Source of the DNA: an uncultured Candidatus Saccharibacteria bacterium
GTDB lineage: Bacteria > Patescibacteriota > Minisyncoccia > UBA6257 > 2-01-FULL-56-20
Reading direction: 5' to 3'
NCBI GenBank assembly: GCA_964360535.1
Contig: CAYHXB010000001.1
Coordinates: 1-56,950 of the forward strand
Length of the DNA stretch: 56,950 nucleotides
Shown piece after piece: positions 16,622 to 25,355 of the stretch (positions are counted from its first letter, which is position 1; every line of letters begins with the position of its first letter). The notes under the pieces were generated by a model that had not been told where the DNA came from, made no database searches, and was given only the letters and a program-made list of their open reading frames with translations. Both the position numbers and the translations under genes were made by a program.

Positions 16622-17920
16622 TTACTGGGTCGTTTTAAGACCATCAAGTTCTCTTTGAATCGTTTCCAGCTTTTCCGTTTTTTCTTTTGCAGGTATGGAA
16701 AGATAATCATGCTCCAGAACGAATTTTCCAAGAATAAGGGCGGCTAGGCGGTTGCCGTTTGCATTCCAGTGACCGTCGCGGACATAGTATAAATCGGAAG
16801 CATTGAGCGATTTGCGGGGAGTTCTATCGGCGTACGATTCCATAAACGGCAGAAGGTCAAGATAGTCTATATGTTCTTTTTCGAAAAACGGGTCAAGTAT
16901 CTTATAAGGATTTTTATAGTCAAGATTCGGCGGCAAGAGGGGTGATACATTCGCCTGCAAAAAAGGATACACTTCCTCCTTTGAAGGGATGACCATCACC
17001 AGAAGGCGCGCGCCATGCTTGTCTGCAAGCGTTTTCAGCGTTTTCAGGTTTTCAAGATGGTTTTTCCAGGCGTCGGCGAGCCACGGATATTTCGACTCGG
17101 GCAGATACTCAAGATTTCCGCGTTCCCAAAAGCTTTTCTGTTCGGCCGATACTAGTCCAGAAGCTTTATCGCGTCCTATTACTTTAAGTAGAAGATTTTT
17201 TGCCGGGTTTTTTAGGGTTTTATAAAGTTCAAGATTGCTGAAAACACAAAGCGTCTTATTCATTATTCTAGGTATATTATAATTTAAATCACACGCGTTT
17301 ATTCGGTTTCGCTTGGCTATCTCGGCGATTTGTTCGTCGGTGTTCTCCGTAATTTCCCCAGTTTCAAGATTGCTCAAAAACCTTTTTGTTATCCGGATGC
17401 CGTCCACAACCGCGCTTTGAGGGAAGACATAATCGTCTCCCAAATCATTTGTAAAATAGCCGACAATTATAAGTTCCGGGTTCTTTTTGGTAACTTTCAT
17501 TACTTTTTCTGCCTTAAAAAGTTCCTGCTTGGTTCCGTAGCCCAGCACGCCGCATTTAAGCACGCGCCGTCCGCCGATTTCTTTTTCAAGAAGCGTGCCC
17601 CATTTTTGTTCGAACGGCGCCACACCCCAGGTAAACGAATCGCCGACGAGAAGAACGGAAACATTTTCGCCGTTATAAGGAGTGTCAAAACAACCTATAT
17701 TGTTGCTCCAGGCGTCAAAGGTTATATCGTCAACCCCGTTTTTTTGCGGAGGAATGTTTTCAACTATGTCATATTCGGCAACAGGGTCGCTTTTTAAATA
17801 ATTGCGGAGAGTGAGTTCTTGCGTCCCTCTGTGCGCTATGCGGAGCACAGCTTCTCCAATGGCTACGGCAACTATTAATCCGAACAGGACAAGCGATATT
17901 TTTATCAGCGTTTCTTTCAT
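16622..17920 (-). CDS. Membrane-anchored SGNH/GDSL-like hydrolase or acyltransferase
   Basis: N-terminal TM helix, 'LLVGDSFTWG' (block I Ser) and C-terminal 'RDGHWN' (DxxH block). Confidence 0.55.
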   Translation of the reverse strand: MKETLIKISLVLFGLIVAVAIGEAVLRIAHRGTQELTLRNYLKSDPVAEYDIVENIPPQKNGVDDITFDAWSNNIGCFDTPYNGENVSVLLVGDSFTWGVAPFEQKWGTLLEKEIGGRRVLKCGVLGYGTKQELFKAEKVMKVTKKNPELIIVGYFTNDLGDDYVFPQSAVVDGIRITKRFLSNLETGEITENTDEQIAEIAKRNRINACDLNYNIPRIMNKTLCVFSNLELYKTLKNPAKNLLLKVIGRDKASGLVSAEQKSFWERGNLEYLPESKYPWLADAWKNHLENLKTLKTLADKHGARLLVMVIPSKEEVYPFLQANVSPLLPPNLDYKNPYKILDPFFEKEHIDYLDLLPFMESYADRTPRKSLNASDLYYVRDGHWNANGNRLAALILGKFVLEHDYLSIPAKEKTEKLETIQRELDGLKTTQ

Positions 17921-18009
17921 TGTTTTCGGTTATCTTTTTCATTATAATGAATATCCATTATTTAAGCTAATTAATTACTCCGTTTGTTCCGATAATTATA
18001 TTAATTTTT

Positions 18010-19824
18010 ATGAAAATTTTAGGAATTTCCGCTTTTTATCACGATAGCGCGGCTTGTCTTGTTGAAGACGGCAAAATTATCGCGGCCGCGCAAGAAGAGC
18101 GTTTTACCAGGAAAAAGCACGACGAGCGTTTTCCCGCGAACGCCATTGAATTTTGTTTGAAACAGGGAAATATCGCCATAGATAAAATAGATTACATCGC
18201 TTTTTATGAAAAACCGTTTATTAAGTTTGAACGACTTTTGGAAACATATCTTGCCTACGCACCCAGCGGAATCAGGTCGTTCATAAAATCAATCCCTATA
18301 TGGCTCAAACAAAAGCTTTGGATAAAAGCCTACATTGCCCGTGAGCTGAATTATAACGGCAAGATAATTTTCCCCGAACATCACGAATCGCACGCCGCAT
18401 CTGCTTTTTTTGCATCTCCTTTCAAGGAAGCCGCGTTTCTGACGATTGACGGAGTCGGCGAATGGACTACCACGAGTTTCGGCGTTGGCAATGAAAATAC
18501 GATAAAAATGCTGGGAGAAATAAAGTTCCCTCATTCAATAGGCCTTTTATATTCCGCATTCACGTATTACACCGGCTTTAAGGTAAATTCCGGAGAATAT
18601 AAAGTAATGGGACTCGCGCCTTACGGCCAGCCGAAATACGCGGCTCTTATCAGAAAACACATTATTAAGCTCAAAGAAGACGGCTCCTTCGCGCTTAATA
18701 TGGAATATTTTAATTATGGAGCCGGGCTTACCATGACTAATGAAAAATTCCATTTGCTTTTCGGCGGTCCTCCGCGCAAGCCGGAAGCGCCGCTGACTCA
18801 GCGTGAAATGGATTTGGCAAAATCCGTCCAGGAAGTAACAGAAGAAGCCCTTTTAAAAATCGCCCGGCACGTGAAGAAAGAAACGAACCAAAAATTTTTG
18901 TGCCTTGCCGGCGGAGTCGCTCTGAACTGCGTCGCCAATTCCAAGATTTTGGAAGCGAAAATTTTCGACGATATTTGGATTCAGCCGGCTGCGGGGGATG
19001 CCGGAGGCGCTCTCGGAGCCGCGCTTTTTACCTGGTACCAGTATCTCGGCAATGGCAGAAAAGCGGACGGAATCAATGATTTCCAAAATGGTTCGTATTT
19101 TGGCCCGGAGTTTAATGATGATTCGATAAAAACTTTTTTGAAAACAAACGATATTCCATATGAACGCCTGGAAACTGAAAATCTTTTGGAGCGCACAGCC
19201 GATCTGATGGGAAATGAGAAAGTCATCGGCTGGTTTCAGGGAAGGATGGAATTCGGGCCGCGCGCTCTCGGCAACCGCTCCATTATCGGCGACGCCAGGT
19301 CGCCCAAAATGCAGGAAATTATGAATCTGAAAATAAAATTTCGGGAAAGCTTCAGGCCGTTCGCGCCTTCGGTGCTGATGGAAAAAGTTTCCGAATACTT
19401 TGATTTCAATCACAGCAGTCCATATATGCTTTTGACCGCTTTTGTAAAAAAAGATAAAAGAAAAAATATCGTTGAAGACGCGTCGCTTTTTGGCATAGAT
19501 AAGCTGAAAATAATCCGTTCGGATATACCGGCCGTCACGCACGTAGATTATTCGGCGCGACTCCAAACCGTTCACAAAGAAACGAATCCTCTTTATCACG
19601 CGCTTATTTCAAAGTTTTACGAAAAATACGGCTGTCCGGTAATTATAAACACTTCGTTTAACGTTCGCGGAGAACCAATAGTGTGCGCGCCGGAAGACGC
19701 CTACCGCTGTTTTATGCGGACTAATATAGATTATCTGGTTATGGGAAATTACGTGTTGGACAAGTCAAAACAAAAACCGCTCGAGGGAGATTCCGACTGG
19801 CAGAAAGAGTTCGAACTTGATTAA
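18010..19824 (+). CDS. Carbamoyltransferase (NodU/CmcH family)
   Basis: 604-aa ORF with 'MKILGISAFYHDSAACLVEDGKIIAAAQEERFTRKKHD' and 'NTSFNVRGEPIV'. Confidence 0.9.
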   Translation: MKILGISAFYHDSAACLVEDGKIIAAAQEERFTRKKHDERFPANAIEFCLKQGNIAIDKIDYIAFYEKPFIKFERLLETYLAYAPSGIRSFIKSIPIWLKQKLWIKAYIARELNYNGKIIFPEHHESHAASAFFASPFKEAAFLTIDGVGEWTTTSFGVGNENTIKMLGEIKFPHSIGLLYSAFTYYTGFKVNSGEYKVMGLAPYGQPKYAALIRKHIIKLKEDGSFALNMEYFNYGAGLTMTNEKFHLLFGGPPRKPEAPLTQREMDLAKSVQEVTEEALLKIARHVKKETNQKFLCLAGGVALNCVANSKILEAKIFDDIWIQPAAGDAGGALGAALFTWYQYLGNGRKADGINDFQNGSYFGPEFNDDSIKTFLKTNDIPYERLETENLLERTADLMGNEKVIGWFQGRMEFGPRALGNRSIIGDARSPKMQEIMNLKIKFRESFRPFAPSVLMEKVSEYFDFNHSSPYMLLTAFVKKDKRKNIVEDASLFGIDKLKIIRSDIPAVTHVDYSARLQTVHKETNPLYHALISKFYEKYGCPVIINTSFNVRGEPIVCAPEDAYRCFMRTNIDYLVMGNYVLDKSKQKPLEGDSDWQKEFELD

Positions 19825-19832
19825 CTTTTATC

Positions 19833-20291
19833 ATGAATAAAACTTTAACCCATTCGACAGGTTCGACAAACTCACTGCAGGCAAGCTCAGGGCAAGCAAA
19901 ACCCACAGTAAAAGAATTGCGCAATTTCGGTCTAATCCTTAGTTCTTGTTTTATGGCGCTGGGCATTGTCTTTTTTCTGTTAAGCAAACAGAGATATATT
20001 TATTTTGCCGAAGCCGGAATTGTCTTTTTACTCCTTTCTCTCTTAATACCGGCTTGGCTGGCGCCGGTAAGGCGCATATGGCTTGCGTTGGGCGAAGCGC
20101 TGGGATTTGTGGTAACGCGCATTATTTTATCAGTTCTTTTTTACTTGGTTGTAACGCCAACCGGCCTGCTCGGCAGAATATTCGGTAAAAAATTCCTAAA
20201 TTTTGATTTTTCTTCGCAGAAAGAGAGTTTCTGGGATACAACAAAGAAAGACGCGCCAGTCAGCAAAGAGAGCTCGGAAAGGCAGTTTTAA
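19833..20291 (+). CDS. SxtJ-like small membrane protein
   Basis: 152-aa ORF immediately after the carbamoyltransferase. 'LRNFGLI' is followed by 3-4 TM helices. Confidence 0.5.
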   Translation: MNKTLTHSTGSTNSLQASSGQAKPTVKELRNFGLILSSCFMALGIVFFLLSKQRYIYFAEAGIVFLLLSLLIPAWLAPVRRIWLALGEALGFVVTRIILSVLFYLVVTPTGLLGRIFGKKFLNFDFSSQKESFWDTTKKDAPVSKESSERQF

Positions 20292-20316
20292 CGCCGCCAA
20301 AGAGCCGAATTAATTG

Positions 20317-20345
20317 TTGACTTTGAATATCTGCCTGTTTATCAT
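20317..20345 (+). promoter_or_regulatory. Promoter of a probably leaderless transcript
   Basis: TTGACT (20317..20322), 17 nt, TATCAT (20340..20345), then the ATG at 20353, only 7 nt after the -10 box. Confidence 0.55.
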
Positions 20346-20352
20346 TCATTTT

Positions 20353-21318
20353 ATGACGTGGCAGGATTATTTTAAGGGAAAGAAAGTTTCCATTCCCGGA
20401 GGCGGAGGTTTTTTCGGTTCGCATATTGCGGAAAAATTACAGGGCGTTGCCGGAGAAATTTTTACTCCCCGCACCAAAGAAGGAATAGATTTCAGAAGGT
20501 ACGAAGATTGTAAGAATCATTTTCAGCAGACAAAACCGGATATCGTTATAAACTGCGCCGCGAATCAGGGCGGGATAGCGTACCATTCGGGAAGGCAGGC
20601 CGATATGTTCAAAGACAATGTTTTAATGAACACGTTTCTTATGAAAGCGGCGCAGGAATCCGGAGTTAAAAAATTCGTGAACATGGTTCCTGGATGCGCT
20701 TATCCCGGGTATCTTGAAAAGGAAGAAATGAACGAGGAAGATTTTTGGAACGGAAGAGTCCATGATTCCATTTTCAGTTACGGTGTTCCGAGAAAAATGA
20801 GCGTGTCTTACGGATTGGCGCTCAAAAAGCAGTTCAATTTCAATTCAATACATCTGATTTTGGCTAATCTTTTTGGGCCGAGAGAGCACTTCAATCCGGA
20901 TCAGTCGAAAGCGCTGGCGGCGATGATTAAAAAATTCTACGAAGCCAAAAAGAACAATATGCCGGAAGTCGTTATTTGGGGAACAGGCAAGCCGACACGG
21001 GACTGGCTATATGTAGAAGAGGCGGCTGAAGGCATTCTTCGCGCGACAGCCGTCTACGACGACGTGGAGCCGTTGAATATCTCAACGGGGAGAGGAATAT
21101 CCGTAAAAGACCTTGCCGAGACGATAAAAAAAGTTATTGGTTATGAGGGCAATATAGTTTATGACACATCCAAGCAAGATGGCGCCTTAAGGAAGGTTTT
21201 CGGAGTGACTAAAATGAAAGAAAAACTTGATTGGCTCCCGGAGAATAATTTTGAAGATTCAATAAAGAAAACAGTGGAATGGTTTGATAAGAATTACGAA
21301 TATGCTGTTTCCAATTAA
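20353..21318 (+). CDS. fcl: GDP-L-fucose synthase family SDR
   Basis: 'NCAANQGGIAYHSGRQADMFKDNVLMN', 'YGLALK' and 'WGTGKPTRDWLYVEE'. I moved the start from the TTG at 20314 (inside the promoter) to the ATG at 20353. Confidence 0.75.
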   Translation: MTWQDYFKGKKVSIPGGGGFFGSHIAEKLQGVAGEIFTPRTKEGIDFRRYEDCKNHFQQTKPDIVINCAANQGGIAYHSGRQADMFKDNVLMNTFLMKAAQESGVKKFVNMVPGCAYPGYLEKEEMNEEDFWNGRVHDSIFSYGVPRKMSVSYGLALKKQFNFNSIHLILANLFGPREHFNPDQSKALAAMIKKFYEAKKNNMPEVVIWGTGKPTRDWLYVEEAAEGILRATAVYDDVEPLNISTGRGISVKDLAETIKKVIGYEGNIVYDTSKQDGALRKVFGVTKMKEKLDWLPENNFEDSIKKTVEWFDKNYEYAVSN

Positions 21319-21333
21319 ATCTTAAATAATCCA

Positions 21334-22101
21334 ATGAAAATAGGAATTTTAGGGGGCAAGGGAATGCTTGGTTCCGATTTAACCGAGTTTCTCGGCAAGG
21401 AACACGATGTAACTCCTATAGGCAAAGACAATTACGAAGAAAACAAGGGAAAAGAATTCGATGTCTTCATAAACGCCAACGGCAACAGCCGCCGTTTTTG
21501 GGCGAATGAAAATCCGCTGAGTGACTTTGAGGCATCAACATTGTCGGTTTACAAAAGCTTATACGATTTCAAATTCGGAAAATACATTCACATTTCTTCA
21601 AGCGACGTTTACGAGAATCATTCAAACCCCGCCGCCACTTTGGAATCGGCTTCGATAAATTCGGCGAATCTTTCGCCGTACGGACTGCACAAATATATGA
21701 GCGAAATTATCGTGCGGAACAGGATAAAAAATCACGTCATTTTAAGGTCATCGATGATTTTGGGAAAAGTTTTGCGGAAAGGCCCACTTTTTGACATTAT
21801 GAACGGCAATCCGCTTTTCATCACGCTTGATTCAAGTTTGCAATTCATAACTACAGGCGCAATCGCAGATATATTGAAATTGTGCATGGATAAAAATATT
21901 TCCGGAGAAATTTTCAATATGGGCGGACGCGAAAGTTTTTCTTTCCGCGATTCCGAAAAATATTTCAAAAAGATTCCCGAATTGTCGCCGAATGCGGAAT
22001 TGCAGGAGTACGAAATGGATGTTTCAAAAATCTCTGGAATTTATACGGTAAAAACATCCGAGGAATACCTGAAAGACATGCTACCAGTCTGGAAAAAATA
22101 G
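21334..22101 (+). CDS. NAD(P)-dependent SDR-like protein (RmlD-like reductase fold)
   Basis: 'MKIGILGGKGMLGSDL' and 'YGLHK' (YxxxK). Confidence 0.55.
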   Translation: MKIGILGGKGMLGSDLTEFLGKEHDVTPIGKDNYEENKGKEFDVFINANGNSRRFWANENPLSDFEASTLSVYKSLYDFKFGKYIHISSSDVYENHSNPAATLESASINSANLSPYGLHKYMSEIIVRNRIKNHVILRSSMILGKVLRKGPLFDIMNGNPLFITLDSSLQFITTGAIADILKLCMDKNISGEIFNMGGRESFSFRDSEKYFKKIPELSPNAELQEYEMDVSKISGIYTVKTSEEYLKDMLPVWKK

Positions 22102-22104
22102 AAA

Positions 22105-23325
22105 ATGAAAATCGCAATCGTTTCGATAAATCTCGAATCCCAGGGCGGAGGTAACCGCCAGATTTTGGTTCTTGCGAGAAACCTCCAAAAAATGGGGAAT
22201 AAAGTCGTGATGTATGCGGTTGCCGCGAACACCGGAGTTTTTTCCAAGCTCCAGGAAGAGCTTGATTTGAGAATAATTCCTGTTCCTGGAGGGGATATAA
22301 ACTGGAAAGCGAAACAATCCGGATTCATCGGCAAAATACTTTCCAGATTGCATCATTACAATCAGGAGCTGAAAGCGGCGAAAAGCATTGCGGAAGCCAT
22401 AGACCCAGATTTCGACGCCGTTAATGTGCATGATTTTGCTTATCAGGTGGCTTATTTTTACAGAAAGAAGAATAAATCAGCGCGCATTATCTGGACGATG
22501 AACGAACCGCCGTATCTCCATCTTAAGAAAGACGATTTTATTTCCGACATCGGAAGCATTGTTTACAACAAACTAAGGGATATAACCGAAGGAAAATTCA
22601 TACGTGCGATTGACGCAGGAGCGGTTTTGGCTCCATTTCAGATGGAGTGGCTCCGTGAAAGGGGAGTCGCTGAATCAAGGATAGTAACAAGCGGCGTTGA
22701 TTTTAAAGATTTTTACGCGCCGGTTAAAAAACTGCCGAAAGATTTCAAAAAAGAGCCGCTGGAACTTTTAACTCTCGGCACGCCGAATAAATACCGCCGT
22801 TATGAAGACGCGATCAACGCCGCAAGGATACTACGCGACAAAGGGCTGAATTTCCGACTGAATATTGTGGCGAATAATGTCTGGAGAGAGGACGAATACT
22901 GCCGGACGCTCGAAAATCTGGTTAAAGAAAATAAGCTCGAAAATTTGGTAAAGCTCAATTTCGCCGGCGCTTCGGAAAAAGAACTCCGCAAACTTTACAA
23001 AAAGGCCCACATTTTTTTTCATCTCATACACGTTCCTCCCATCCGAAGCGGTTCCACCTTCGGCTTGGTGATGTGGGAAGCGATGGCGGCCGGAATTCTC
23101 GTTATAGCGAATCATGAACCTAAATTAGGCACCCAGTTGGCCGACGGAGAAAATGCGATTTTCGTAAAACCGAAAGACGCCGCCGACCTTGCCGAAAAAG
23201 TTGAAAAAATAGCCGACCAGCCCGAACTTTATTTCAAGATAGCAAAAAACGGACAGGAATTCATAAAGAAAAATATTTCCTGGGAAAAATACGCAGATGA
23301 AATGATGGATTTGTTCAAATCATGA
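22105..23325 (+). CDS. Glycosyltransferase family 4 (GT-B)
   Basis: 406-aa ORF. The C-terminal half carries 'FGLVMWEAMAAGILVIA...ENAIFVKP'. Confidence 0.8.
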   Translation: MKIAIVSINLESQGGGNRQILVLARNLQKMGNKVVMYAVAANTGVFSKLQEELDLRIIPVPGGDINWKAKQSGFIGKILSRLHHYNQELKAAKSIAEAIDPDFDAVNVHDFAYQVAYFYRKKNKSARIIWTMNEPPYLHLKKDDFISDIGSIVYNKLRDITEGKFIRAIDAGAVLAPFQMEWLRERGVAESRIVTSGVDFKDFYAPVKKLPKDFKKEPLELLTLGTPNKYRRYEDAINAARILRDKGLNFRLNIVANNVWREDEYCRTLENLVKENKLENLVKLNFAGASEKELRKLYKKAHIFFHLIHVPPIRSGSTFGLVMWEAMAAGILVIANHEPKLGTQLADGENAIFVKPKDAADLAEKVEKIADQPELYFKIAKNGQEFIKKNISWEKYADEMMDLFKS

Positions 23326-24380
23326 GAATTCTTTCGGAAATAAATTACGTAGGCGGACTCGGCGCCGACAGATGGATAGGCGAAGGATTCATGGACGCTT
23401 TTGAAACCTTAGGACACGAGCATTTCTGGCTTGAGGCCGGCAATAATCTGGAATCACGGCTGAAGGAAGTGAAACCCGATATTTTGATGACCAGTCAAGG
23501 GAGAGTCAGGAAAAACGACCTTCCGGCGCTGGCGTCATTCCGCAAAAACGGCGGGAAGGTGGTTTTAAGGGTGGATGCTTATTTTGATTCGGACCCGGAA
23601 ACGGCCGATATTCTTATAAATCACGATGTTGCCGACATATATTATGGAGAGGTGGAAGACGCCTGGATGGAGCGATTCAGAAAAACTACCGGCAAAAAAT
23701 ATGTCGTTATCGCCAATGCCGCCCATCATAAAATGCGTCCCGGCAAGCCGGTTCCCAAATACAAATGCGACATTGTTTTTATGGGAGACGCCAAAGTTCC
23801 CAAGAAAAAAGAAATCTTAAAGGTATTAGTTCCGCCATTGAGAAAAAAATACGACGTGAAGGTATTCGGCCCGAACTGGACACTGAAAGACAAGATTTTG
23901 AGAATAGCAGGATTTTTATTCAGGAAGGCCGGATTGGAAAGCGGAAAAAATTTCATCCAGAAAATAAGAATGACGGTGCCGCCCGAGGACGAGCCAGCGC
24001 TTTATTCTTCAGCAAAAATCTGCATTAACATTCATTCGCGCACCGAGGATATAAAAGACCACGTGATTTTGAACGAGCGGACTTTCAAAATTGCGGCCTG
24101 CGGGGGATTTGAGATATGCGATTTTGTCCCGCCTCTACGTAAATATTTCTCGGAAGACGAGATGGTGATGGCCTGCCCGTCAGCCAAGTCGGGCGATGCG
24201 GCCAGGGCTGACGATAAAAACGGCGATTGGATTAAAGATTGGTTTGAAAAAATAGATTACTATCTCAAGCACGACGATGAACGCCGCGCCATACAGGAAC
24301 GCGGGACAAAAAGAGCGCTTCGCGACCATACTTATATAAATCGCGTGCGTCAGTTGTTCGATTTACTCGGGATAAAATAA
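23322..24380 (+). CDS. CgeB-family (DUF3880-type) glycosyltransferase-like protein
   Basis: 'NERTFKIAACGGFEICD' and a C-terminal 'ERGTKRALRDHTYINRVRQL' block. Paralogous in style to 34758..35825. Confidence 0.6.
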   Translation: MRILSEINYVGGLGADRWIGEGFMDAFETLGHEHFWLEAGNNLESRLKEVKPDILMTSQGRVRKNDLPALASFRKNGGKVVLRVDAYFDSDPETADILINHDVADIYYGEVEDAWMERFRKTTGKKYVVIANAAHHKMRPGKPVPKYKCDIVFMGDAKVPKKKEILKVLVPPLRKKYDVKVFGPNWTLKDKILRIAGFLFRKAGLESGKNFIQKIRMTVPPEDEPALYSSAKICINIHSRTEDIKDHVILNERTFKIAACGGFEICDFVPPLRKYFSEDEMVMACPSAKSGDAARADDKNGDWIKDWFEKIDYYLKHDDERRAIQERGTKRALRDHTYINRVRQLFDLLGIK

Positions 24381-24384
24381 CTTT

Positions 24385-24433
24385 ATTATAAAAATAAAAG
24401 AGGGGAACGCGGCATGGTTAGCTGCGTTCCCCT
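24385..24433 (-). terminator. Intrinsic terminator of the HD-domain gene
   Basis: A 10-bp stem AGGGGAACGC/GCGTTCCCCT (24401..24410 and 24424..24433) is followed on the minus strand by CTTTTATTTTTAT. Confidence 0.75.
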
Positions 24434-24494
24434 CAGAGTCGTTTCTCCGCCGTCGCTGAAACTATGACGGACAATGTCGGCGTTGCGCCGGAGT

Positions 24495-25226
24495 TCAGTC
24501 GAATGGGTAAGGGCTGATGCCTTCCTGCTCGAGCTGTTGATTGAGCATCCGGAAGAAAATCCGGAATGTGGTCGCACGCTCGCCGGCGAGTTTTTTGCCG
24601 AGCTTCGTCCGCACGCAGACCGGAGTGTTTTGGTCTGCCCAGTCGAGCGAATAGGAGATATCTTTGAGGACGCTCTTGGGGCTGCGGTAGGTTGCTTCCG
24701 GGTCGTCCAGAAAATGCTTGTAGTCCACAACCGGCAGGTCATGGTAATGCTGGCCCGACCTCGGGAAGAGGTCGATATCCAGGTTGACGATGCGGTCGGC
24801 GTCCATCAGGGCGATGAGCACTTGTGGGTCGTCAGGCGAGTTGCGTCCATCGTGACCAAGAACCGCGTCAATCACAGTTCTTTGCCTCAATTCCGCACCT
24901 TCCTTTCTCGTCGGTGTCGGTGGCCGAAATTCGCTTTCGGTCAATAGCCAGTCGAGAACAAGTTTTTCAACTTTCTTTTTCGGGACCTCGCGCCGTCCAA
25001 CTCCGAATTTCTTTTGCAATACCCGGTCGGCGTTGTGGCACAGGCCAGCGGCGCCCGAGAGCAAAGCAAGCCGTTCAAAACCCCATTCCTTAAAGGCGAT
25101 TTGCCAGGCGATTTCTCCGACACGCGCAGCATGGACAAAGTCGTGATGTCCTACAAGTCCGACTTCTTCGTGGCTCTTGCGGACAGCGGCAAACAAAGCG
25201 GGCAGTTCTTCCCAGATGCGTTTCAT
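24495..25226 (-). CDS. HD-domain phosphohydrolase
   Basis: 'GHHDFVHAARV' and 'LMDADRIVNLD'. Start set at the ATG at 25226, which is preceded by AAGGAGAAGTC. GC-rich gene. Confidence 0.7.
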   Translation of the reverse strand: MKRIWEELPALFAAVRKSHEEVGLVGHHDFVHAARVGEIAWQIAFKEWGFERLALLSGAAGLCHNADRVLQKKFGVGRREVPKKKVEKLVLDWLLTESEFRPPTPTRKEGAELRQRTVIDAVLGHDGRNSPDDPQVLIALMDADRIVNLDIDLFPRSGQHYHDLPVVDYKHFLDDPEATYRSPKSVLKDISYSLDWADQNTPVCVRTKLGKKLAGERATTFRIFFRMLNQQLEQEGISPYPFD

Positions 25227-25273
25227 GACTTCTCCTTGATAGACTATCGTTGCGGGATTATTCAATTCTGCTG

Positions 25274-25341
25274 CGTTTCGCCTATATAAAACAGGCGAAC
25301 GTTGCTGTGCTAAATTATACAGAAATTTATGGAAATGTCAA
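25274..25341 (-). promoter_or_regulatory. Consensus promoter plus conserved leader hairpin, copy 1 of a duplicated cassette
   Basis: On the minus strand: TTGACA (25341..25336), 16 nt, TATAAT (25319..25314). A leader stem follows: plus-strand segments 25293..25301 (AGGCGAACG) and 25274..25283 (CGTTTCGCCT) are complementary apart from one bulged T. The 36-nt stretch 25292..25327 is identical to 27026..27061. Confidence 0.7.
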
Positions 25342-25355
25342 ATTATGCGTTGGTA

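Noticed and set aside
18853-19599. 248-aa minus-strand ORF, and similarly the 278-aa plus-strand ORF at 55184..56020
   Set aside because: Both lie inside well-supported genes on the opposite strand (the carbamoyltransferase and the GT4). They are shadow ORFs.
19851-19900. Short direct repeats (TTCGACA x2, GGCAAGC x2) encoding the Ser/Gly/Gln-rich N-terminus of the SxtJ-like ORF, considered as another inserted repeat
   Set aside because: There are only two short imperfect repeats, no inverted arms and no second locus in the window. This could be chance.
24386-24947. ORFs 24386..24742 (minus strand) and 24474..24947 (plus strand)
   Set aside because: They overlap the HD-domain gene and its terminator in the GC-rich region. 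Their Arg/Ser-rich translations are typical of out-of-frame GC-rich DNA.
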